Source: an uncultured Bacteriovoracaceae bacterium (GTDB taxonomy: Bacteria; Bdellovibrionota; Bacteriovoracia; Bacteriovoracales; Bacteriovoracaceae). From it: 23,797 nt of DNA. Of the stretch, positions 16,494 to 23,797 are shown in pieces; the stretch's first letter is position 1, and every line of letters starts with the position of its first letter. The stretch lies in assembly GCA_964012805.1 (NCBI GenBank), contig CAXGUD010000052.1:1-23797 (forward strand). Direction: 5' to 3'. A program made the position numbers and the translations under genes. The notes under the pieces are model-generated. The model did no database searches. It was not told the DNA's origin and saw only the letters and a list, made by a program, of their open reading frames with translations.

Positions 16494-16901
16494 GTGCCAT
16501 TGTCTTATCAACGAAAGAATAATGCTATTATCATTGATGATGAAGAAGATGTTTGTGAAACTTTAAAGCTTTATCTTGAAAATACGAAGCTTTTTTCAAG
16601 TATCGTGATTTCACAAGATGGAATGGATGCCACGCAAAAATTAATCAATCAAAGATTTTCAGTCATCATTTTGGATCTTAAAATACCAAAAAAAAATGGA
16701 TTGGAAATCCTTTCAAATATTTCTAAAAAAGGTTCAACTAATAAAAACTTCACGAGCAGCATAATTATTTCTTCTGGGAATTTAGGAAAAGATGTATTAA
16801 ATAAAGCTCTAAAAGTTGGGGTTAAGCATTTTCTTGTAAAGCCATTTGATGAAGAGCAATTAAAGCAAAAAGTCGAAGCCGTACTAAAAGCAATAAAGTA
16901 A
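16494..16901 (+). CDS. Single-domain response regulator
   Basis: IIIDDE, ILDLKIPKKNG (phospho-Asp present), IIISS, FLVKPF. Confidence 0.9.
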   Translation: MPLSYQRKNNAIIIDDEEDVCETLKLYLENTKLFSSIVISQDGMDATQKLINQRFSVIILDLKIPKKNGLEILSNISKKGSTNKNFTSSIIISSGNLGKDVLNKALKVGVKHFLVKPFDEEQLKQKVEAVLKAIK

Positions 16902-16937
16902 TTAATTCCCGATTAAAATATAGAGGTGGTTATTATT

Positions 16938-18125
16938 ATGACTCAGAAGAGCTATGTTAATTCTTATTTACATCCAGTAGGTAAAGGTTTTTTTGCTGAA
17001 ATAATTCTTAATCGGCCAAAGGCCCTGAATGCTCTTTCTTTAGAAATGTTTCAAGAATTACAAAAACTCCTCCTTTCCTATAAAAAAAGAGAGGACATTT
17101 ACTTTATATTTTTTCATTCAAGTTCAACAAGGTCTTTTGGATCTGGTGGTGATGTAAAGATGGTCGGGCAAGAGCTCTTTAAAAATAAGGAGTCCAAGGT
17201 AGTAGAAGAGTTTTTTAAAGTTGAGTATAAAACTGATTACCTATTTCAAACTTATAGTAAGCCAATAGTTGCATGGGGAGATGGTCTACTTATGGGTGGA
17301 GGACTAGGGCTATTTAACGGCGTAAGTCATAGAGTTGTAACTCCTAATACTCTCTTGGCAATGCCGGAAGTCGCTATAGGCTTTTTTCCTGATGTTGGAG
17401 CCGGGTATTTTTTAAATAAAAAGTTTAAAGATTTGGGGCTTTTCCTGGGAGTTACAGGGGCTAGATTTAATGCGGGTGATGCACTCGATCTTGGCCTAGC
17501 AGATTATGAGATAGAGGGAACAAAAAAAGAGGAGGTTTTCAAAAAGCTTCTGAGTGAGACTTGGGATATTGGGGAAAAGGGAGTACAAGAAAAGCTAACT
17601 GGGCTCTTTTCATCATACGCATTAACTCAACATGGTAGTAATGAAAAATATGGAGAGTTATTTAAATTTGAGGATGAGATAAGTTCAAAGCTTCAATCCA
17701 ATGATTGGAAAGAGATTTGTGAAAACCTATTAAAATGGAAACCTTCTAAAAATACCTGGATAGCTGAAAGCCTGTCTTATTTTAAAAAAGGTTCACCACT
17801 TTCATGGGCCCTTTCCATTCGTTATTTAAAAGAGGCCTCCAAAAAGAATGTTAAAAATGTTTTACTTGATGATTTAAATTTTGCTTTCCAGTTTTGTAGA
17901 GGAGAAGACTTTAGAGAAGGAGTCAGGGCCTTACTCTTAGATAAAGATCAAAGCCCAAATTGGGAATTCAAAACTATTGATAAAATAGAAAAGGCCAATA
18001 TTGATTCTTACTTTGAAAGAATTATAAACAGAGAGTTGATGGATGATTACTTTAGCTCTGAGGATCTTTTGGACCAAACCCACCACCACCAGGTGTTTCA
18101 ATCAAAAGGCTTTCACCAGGTTTAA
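16938..18125 (+). CDS. Enoyl-CoA hydratase/isomerase family, 3-hydroxyisobutyryl-CoA hydrolase-like
   Basis: LNRPKALNAL, SGGDVK, MGGGLG, AMPEVAIGFFPDVG, DFREGVRALLLDKD. ATG at 16938 follows GAGGTGG. The 3' end overlaps the convergent gene. Confidence 0.9.
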   Translation: MTQKSYVNSYLHPVGKGFFAEIILNRPKALNALSLEMFQELQKLLLSYKKREDIYFIFFHSSSTRSFGSGGDVKMVGQELFKNKESKVVEEFFKVEYKTDYLFQTYSKPIVAWGDGLLMGGGLGLFNGVSHRVVTPNTLLAMPEVAIGFFPDVGAGYFLNKKFKDLGLFLGVTGARFNAGDALDLGLADYEIEGTKKEEVFKKLLSETWDIGEKGVQEKLTGLFSSYALTQHGSNEKYGELFKFEDEISSKLQSNDWKEICENLLKWKPSKNTWIAESLSYFKKGSPLSWALSIRYLKEASKKNVKNVLLDDLNFAFQFCRGEDFREGVRALLLDKDQSPNWEFKTIDKIEKANIDSYFERIINRELMDDYFSSEDLLDQTHHHQVFQSKGFHQV

Positions 18126-21100
18126 TTTTTAAAGTAACTGTTGGAGGCAGATCCTTCGTTTTTCCTTCAACAGATATCAGGGTGTTTTTTCCGGGTAATC
18201 CACCTGTTCCACCAAATAGGCCATGGGAAGAGCTTTTTCTTCTTCCTGTTAAAAGAGAGGCTTCAACCTCTTCAAGAAATTTAATTCTTCTTTTACATCC
18301 TCTTCCCCCTTTATGGGCGCCTTCTCCTCCACTATCTTGTCTTAATGAAAAATCCTCAATAATAACAGGAAATTTTTCTTCTAAAATTTCAGGGTCAGTC
18401 ATTCTTGAGTTGGTCATATGAGTTTGGGTTGTATCTTCTCCTTTGAAGCCTTCACCGGCACCAGACCCACCACAAATTGTTTCATAGTACTGGAATTTTT
18501 TGTTTCCAAAGGTCAAATTATTCATTGTGCCTTGGCTTCCGCTAAGTTTTCCTAAGGCCCCAAAAAGTACATCTACAATAATTTGGGAGGTCTCCACATT
18601 TCCTGCAACAACTGCATGAGGAAAGACTGGATCCAAAAGGCTGCCTTTGGGAATCTTAATCTCAATAGGATCCAGGCACCCTGAGTTTAAAGGGATTTCT
18701 TTTTTTATGAGCGTTCTAATGACATATAAAATTGAAGCTTTTGTTACAGCGTAAGGAGTATTAAAGTTATCATTAGTCATTTCTGAGGTACCATCAAAAT
18801 CAATAATGAGCTTATTTTTTCTTTTGTCTGGAGTAATTATTACTGAAATTTTAGAACCATTATCCATCTGGCAAGAAAATTGACCAGAATTTAAATTCTT
18901 TATGAGTTCATGTACAGTTTTTGCAGCATTAATCTTAATAAAGTTTGAGTATTGGAGAACAAAGCTTTTTCCATGATTTTGGACAACTTCCTTCATTTTT
19001 TTTACACCAACTTGGTTTGCTGCTACTTTTGCCTTTATATCTGCTAAATTAAGTGAGAAATCCCTCACAGGAAAATTGGAGTTATGAACAAACATTTGAT
19101 GAATGTTTTCTTCTAAAAATACCCCTTTGGAAATTATTTTTTCCCCATTAATTAAAATACCTTCTTGATCTATGTGATTGCTTGAAGAAGGCATTGACCC
19201 AGGAGTAATACCGCCAATATCAGCATGATGGCCTCTTGAAGCGATATAAAAGGAAGGATCATTTTCATTTTTTAGATAGAGAGGTGTTATTACCGTTAAG
19301 TCTGGTAAATGCGTTCCCCCATAGTAAGGGTCATTTTGCAGAAAGACATCGCCATCATTCATATTTAATTTGAACTTTTTAATAATTGATTGGACACTAT
19401 CTTCCATAGAACCTAGATGTACGGGAATATGAGGTGCATTGGAAAGAAGGCAGCCTTCTGAGTCAAAGATTGCGCAAGAGAAATCAAGTCTTTCTTTAAT
19501 ATTTACCGATAAGGAGGTTTTTTCTAGTGTTAAACCCATCTGCTCAGCAATTGAAAATAACTTATTATTAAAAATTTCAATTAAGATGGGGTCAGCTTTA
19601 TTACTTAATTTTTTACTCTTTGACTCTAATTGTTCTTTTAAAGATTCATTTTTTTCAATAATAAATGGACCATTAAGAAGTTTTTTTATTATCCATGTAG
19701 GAGGAATAAATATATTGGTATTGCCTCCGATAATTAAAAGAGGACCCTCTTTCTGTGGGATGATGTCGGAATTATTAAAGCTTATTTTAGGACAGTCATA
19801 CCAATTATTTTTGTAAAATACCTTATGATCATTTCTAGATATTGAATCGCTCTCCTTTTTGAAAAAATCAATATTATCACTTAGATTAACCTTAGTTTCA
19901 TGGTTTTCATAAGCTTCAATAATGAGGAAGTCTATTAATATTGGATGATCTTTTTTTATGTGACCAAATCGTTTTAAGTGTTCATTTGAAAATAAATTTG
20001 GGTAATCAGGAATATTATTTTTAATGAAATCAAAGGTTAAATTTGAAAAGGTTCCTTGATATTTTAAAGATATTTTTTTATCAATTACAATTCTTTCTTT
20101 ATCTACACCTTGGGAGATTAGATCTTCAACAGCCTTAGCTTCTAACTTTTTAAAAGGGATTGAAAGTTGTTCTTTTAATTTTTCATTTTTAGGAAGATTT
20201 ATTGTATGTTGAATTTTTTTTATTGTTCTTATTTGAGACTTAGCAATACCATAGGCAGATAAAACACTTGATAAAGGATGAATAATTACTTTTTTTATTC
20301 CTAGCATTTCAGCAAGGTCGCAAGAATGTTGACCTCCAGCTCCTCCATAACTAATAAGACTATAGGAGGAAAGATCTATACCCCTTTCTTTTGAAATTTT
20401 CTCTAAACCAAGTGCCATTTTTTGATTAGCTATATTAATAAAGCCTTCAGCAATCTCATAAATATCTTTTTCCTCATTAATCATCAAATTCTTTAGGTTA
20501 TCAAAGTTTTTAAAAGAGTCTTTAGTTTGAAGTGGCATATTTTTATTGATACCAAAATTTGGAGAGAATGATTCCGGGAGGATTCTTCCTAAAATAAGAT
20601 TGGCATCAGTAATTGTGAGAGGACCATTATGGCCATAGCAACTTGGGCCTGGATCAGAGCCCGCACTTTGCGGACCTACTTGGAACCTGTCGTCATCAAA
20701 TTTTAAAATGGATCCTCCCCCAGCTGCAAGGGTATGAATATCAAGCATGGGTATTGAAATCTTCATATTGGAAATAAGGTGCTCATTTTTCCTTTCAAGT
20801 TGGCCAGCATAATGAAAGACGTCCGTTGATGTTCCACCCATATCAAACCCTATAATCTTATCAACTCCAAAAGCTTCCGCGATTTTAACAGCGCCAATAA
20901 CACCACCTGCTGGACCTGAAAGAAGACTATTACTCCCTTGAAAATAGTTGGACTTAACTAATCCTCCTAGGGATTGCATGAAGAACAGCGGAGCATTTGG
21001 AAGGAAGCTTTGAATATGCTTGGAAAAATTTTTAATGGTTGGAGAAAGGTAGGAATCAATAATCGCTGTTTCTGACCTCAAAATAAATTTTGGAATTGGA

Positions 21101-21684
21101 AAATTGGAGGATAAGGTAATTTGTTCAAAACCCATATCTTTTGCGATTTCATAGACTCTTTTTTCATGAGTTTTATTTTTTAAAGAGTGAAGAAAGGCGA
21201 CAACGATATTTTTTATACCTAAAGATTGAAAAAATATTAATTTATTATGGATATCTTTATTCTCTATTGGTATTAAAATTTCTCCTCTGGAATTTACTCT
21301 TTCTTTAACGCCAAGTGATTTTGAGTAAAGAGGAGGGGGTTTTCGAACTTCTAATGAAAAAATATGAGGTCTATTTTGATAACCGATTTTTATTGAATCT
21401 TCAAATCCCTCAGTCGTAAGAAAACCCAATGAAGGACCTTTTTTTTGGAGCAAGGTGTTGGTGCCGATAGTTGTGCCAACTTTTATAATATCTATTTGGT
21501 TTTCTGGTTGATCATTTATAGGTATAAAGTCAGAGATACCACTTAAACTGCTTTCATCTTTCCCTTTACTATGATCAGTTAAAACTTTGTGAACAAATAT
21601 ATTTCCTTCGGGGGATTTTGCAATAATATCTGTGAATGTACCTCCCTTATCAATAAAAAAAGACCATTTTTTTTGATTCATCAA
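18052..21684 (-). CDS. oplA: Fused 5-oxoprolinase / hydantoinase A+B (ATP-dependent cyclic amide hydrolase)
   Basis: [97 protein letters not shown]. Confidence 0.93.
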   Translation of the reverse strand: MMNQKKWSFFIDKGGTFTDIIAKSPEGNIFVHKVLTDHSKGKDESSLSGISDFIPINDQPENQIDIIKVGTTIGTNTLLQKKGPSLGFLTTEGFEDSIKIGYQNRPHIFSLEVRKPPPLYSKSLGVKERVNSRGEILIPIENKDIHNKLIFFQSLGIKNIVVAFLHSLKNKTHEKRVYEIAKDMGFEQITLSSNFPIPKFILRSETAIIDSYLSPTIKNFSKHIQSFLPNAPLFFMQSLGGLVKSNYFQGSNSLLSGPAGGVIGAVKIAEAFGVDKIIGFDMGGTSTDVFHYAGQLERKNEHLISNMKISIPMLDIHTLAAGGGSILKFDDDRFQVGPQSAGSDPGPSCYGHNGPLTITDANLILGRILPESFSPNFGINKNMPLQTKDSFKNFDNLKNLMINEEKDIYEIAEGFINIANQKMALGLEKISKERGIDLSSYSLISYGGAGGQHSCDLAEMLGIKKVIIHPLSSVLSAYGIAKSQIRTIKKIQHTINLPKNEKLKEQLSIPFKKLEAKAVEDLISQGVDKERIVIDKKISLKYQGTFSNLTFDFIKNNIPDYPNLFSNEHLKRFGHIKKDHPILIDFLIIEAYENHETKVNLSDNIDFFKKESDSISRNDHKVFYKNNWYDCPKISFNNSDIIPQKEGPLLIIGGNTNIFIPPTWIIKKLLNGPFIIEKNESLKEQLESKSKKLSNKADPILIEIFNNKLFSIAEQMGLTLEKTSLSVNIKERLDFSCAIFDSEGCLLSNAPHIPVHLGSMEDSVQSIIKKFKLNMNDGDVFLQNDPYYGGTHLPDLTVITPLYLKNENDPSFYIASRGHHADIGGITPGSMPSSSNHIDQEGILINGEKIISKGVFLEENIHQMFVHNSNFPVRDFSLNLADIKAKVAANQVGVKKMKEVVQNHGKSFVLQYSNFIKINAAKTVHELIKNLNSGQFSCQMDNGSKISVIITPDKRKNKLIIDFDGTSEMTNDNFNTPYAVTKASILYVIRTLIKKEIPLNSGCLDPIEIKIPKGSLLDPVFPHAVVAGNVETSQIIVDVLFGALGKLSGSQGTMNNLTFGNKKFQYYETICGGSGAGEGFKGEDTTQTHMTNSRMTDPEILEEKFPVIIEDFSLRQDSGGEGAHKGGRGCKRRIKFLEEVEASLLTGRRKSSSHGLFGGTGGLPGKNTLISVEGKTKDLPPTVTLKIKPGESLLIETPGGGGFGPKDPQS

Positions 21685-21847
21685 AACTCCTTTTCAAAAA
21701 GGTATTGTGAAGACATTCGCTTATTAAATTAACATTTTCGTCAATAAACTTTAAATCAGGATATTCCTATTGAAAAAATAAAACCTTAATCCGATAGGTC
21801 TATGCAAGCTATAAGATAACGATATTGTAATAGATAGGTAACAATAT

Positions 21848-22258
21848 TTGAATCCATTTAAAAAGAATAATATTTTGATATCAGTATTCTTAGTTCTTGT
21901 CCTTATTTTGGGAAAAGGGTTTCATCAATATATTGATTTAAAAATGGAAAAAAGAAATAATGAGGAGAAAATCTTAGGTTTAGCGAGGAATCATATAAGT
22001 AACTTATTAATATCGGTTAAGAGTAAAGATGAATTTCTAATCAGAGAAAGTTTAAGACCTTTTATATCCCTACCTTTCGTTTCAGGTATTAAGATAAGAG
22101 CAAAAAAAGTTGATATAATAAATATTAATAAAAAAAATATGAGAATAGATTTTTGTTTTTTAAAATATCTATTAAAGATAGAGATAAGAATAAAATTGGA
22201 TATACATCTATTTATTCAAATCCTCCAAAAATTTTTAAGTACATTAAGGAAAATATAA
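21848..22258 (+). CDS. N-terminal fragment of a membrane sensor-like protein (TM1 plus extracytoplasmic region)
   Basis: TM segment ILISVFLVLVLILG. It overlaps the next ORF in a different frame across an A8 tract (22130-22137). Confidence 0.6.
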   Translation: MNPFKKNNILISVFLVLVLILGKGFHQYIDLKMEKRNNEEKILGLARNHISNLLISVKSKDEFLIRESLRPFISLPFVSGIKIRAKKVDIININKKNMRIDFCFLKYLLKIEIRIKLDIHLFIQILQKFLSTLRKI

Positions 22259-22977
22259 CTTTTTTCTTGTTGAGTATTTCGATTCACTTTTTTTCTTTCT
22301 GTTTTATTTTGAAAAATCTCTATAACCCAGGAAATTCAAAAAGAAATGGGGAAAAGAATGAAAGAAAATATGGACTATCTTTTATGGAAAGAAACCCATC
22401 TTCTGTTTTTTTAATATCTAAAGGTTTAAAAGTAGAAAAAGTATTAAGCCTTGAAACTGTGAAAACTTTTGGTAGGAATATTGAAAATGAGGATGTCCTT
22501 TCACTTCTTTCATCTGAGTTAACCGTTGATAGCCCTTTCTATAAGGTTTTATCGACTTCTTGGAGTCTTGCTTTTAGTGAGGGAGAAAATCAATTTAATC
22601 TAATTAAAGATCAGCTACCCAAAAAAAATACAATTTATTTAGGCAATAAATTAAAAACTTTCCAAGCATCATACAAGGCAATTTGCGGGAAACAAGGTGA
22701 GGTTAAAAATATTATTTGCAACTTAAATGATATTACTGAAATGGATAAGAGATTAAATGATTATAAAAAAGGTTATGTTGAAAATATAATGGTTCAAGAG
22801 ATTTTGGAGAAGGAAAATAAAAAAGAGATATCTCAAAATTTAGAAAGATCTCTTAGGTTGGCACTTAATGAATTGGAATTCCAATTGTCTAGATATGATG
22901 AATTAAATAAAGGTAAAGAATTAATTAAAAGCTTAAATGATTTCTTATCGAAGATAAAAAAATCAATCCTTCATTAG
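22132..22977 (+). pseudogene. Second fragment of the same frameshifted gene (TM2, PAS-like region, helical region)
   Basis: The frame is open from 22132, just after TAA at 22129. It encodes TM ITFFLLSISIHFFSFCFIL and a PAS/PAC-like end (FQASYKAI...VKNIICNLNDITE). No convincing start of its own. Confidence 0.55.
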
Positions 22978-23026
22978 ACTATTTATATAAAGAAATTAAT
23001 CATATAAAACACATATAAAATTATGA

Positions 23027-23560
23027 AATGATACAGATTCTTTAGAGTCATTGCAGTTTGAGATTATTAAAAAAGTTAGCGAGGTAACTGAAATTCTATT
23101 GGTTTATTCAAAAGTGGCCGATAATTTTTTCAATTTGGATTTGAATGTAACAGCAGCAGTTCATTATAAGATTTTAGAAAGGGTAAATAATTTAAAAAGC
23201 ATCATTGGAAACATCTTTAGGTACGTACCAGGTTTGGAGGGCTTAGATGAATCCAAAATAAAATCCTTTACTAAAATCACTAAAATGTATCCTGATTTTG
23301 AAGGTACTATGGAGTTAGTTCATAAAAGGTCAAGGTATTTAGCTATTTTGTTGAATGCAATTATGGAGGATGATTTAGCAAAAAAAACTAACAATCTGGC
23401 AAATTGTGTTCGGTCGATACCAGAATGTAGAGATATAGGGGAGGAGGAGTTAAAAATGAAACTTGTCATCCCCTATAAAAGGTTTTTAGAAAATACTAAA
23501 AACATTGAAGAGCATTTGAGGAACTCCTTTTTAAAGGAAAGAGGGCGGAAGTCATGCTAG
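23027..23560 (+). CDS. Helical hypothetical protein, probably the third fragment of the 21848-22977 gene
   Basis: The frame is open from 23027. The TTG at 23051 has no strong RBS, and the intervening DNA reads as coding in shifting frames. Confidence 0.55.
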   Translation, partial: NDTDSLESLQFEIIKKVSEVTEILLVYSKVADNFFNLDLNVTAAVHYKILERVNNLKSIIGNIFRYVPGLEGLDESKIKSFTKITKMYPDFEGTMELVHKRSRYLAILLNAIMEDDLAKKTNNLANCVRSIPECRDIGEEELKMKLVIPYKRFLENTKNIEEHLRNSFLKERGRKSC

Positions 23561-23569
23561 AATTAGTCG

Positions 23570-23797
23570 TTAAAGTTTTCCAGAAGGTGCAAATTTTCTT
23601 GGTTTCTTTAGAAAGTTTTCATGGATAGTCCTATCCCAAGATCTGATGATTCTCCCTGACTCAGAGTCAATAAGTGCTCTGAAACTGTCCTGCCTTCCAT
23701 CTTCATGATCAATAATTATTTGAGCTTGTTCAATATATCTTGCCTTATCTTTTAAAATTTTAATTAAGCTTTTTTCCCTTTTAATTGTTAATTCTGG
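23570..23797 (-). CDS. 3' end of a hypothetical protein that starts beyond the window (not in the ORF track)
   Basis: Open minus-strand frame from the window end: PELTIKREKSLIKILKDKARYIEQAQIIIDHEDGRQDSFRALIDSESGRIIRSWDRTIHENFLKKPRKFAPSGKL*. ALIDSESGRII resembles a PepSY-like hairpin. Confidence 0.75.
   Translation of the reverse strand, partial: PELTIKREKSLIKILKDKARYIEQAQIIIDHEDGRQDSFRALIDSESGRIIRSWDRTIHENFLKKPRKFAPSGKL

Noticed and set aside
18078..18095. His run (THHHQ) as a metal-binding tag
   Set aside because: It is a by-product of the antisense GGGG codons of the overlapping oxoprolinase.

Overview
AT-rich bacterial chromosomal segment. The gene content (orphan response regulators, lineage-type hypotheticals) suggests Bdellovibrionota/Bacteriovoracia, which is inference only. 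It holds about 24 coding regions, and I saw no rRNA, tRNA, CRISPR array or mobile element. Recognisable genes: LysE-family exporter, transketolase, DEDDy 3'-5' exonuclease, YajQ, GNAT, PuuB/AmaA-like FAD oxidase, DUF1338 (HglS-type dioxygenase), Nudix hydrolase, NYN nuclease, XRE HTH, MutM, metallophosphoesterase, AMMECR1/AmrA, a single-domain response regulator, a crotonase-family 3-hydroxyisobutyryl-CoA hydrolase-like enzyme and a fused 5-oxoprolinase/hydantoinase. The most unusual elements are: (1) a 904-aa cytoplasmic protein with about 29 tandem acidic 14-aa repeats ending in a pseudo-receiver with Cys at the phospho-acceptor site; (2) a GNAT / FAD oxidase / DUF1338 cluster resembling a variant lysine-pipecolate catabolic route; (3) a 5'-truncated protein with RGG repeats, a Tyr-Arg block and an acidic tail; (4) an XRE gene with twin operator boxes and a CTG-started coupled ORF; (5) a membrane sensor-like gene split at homopolymer tracts.
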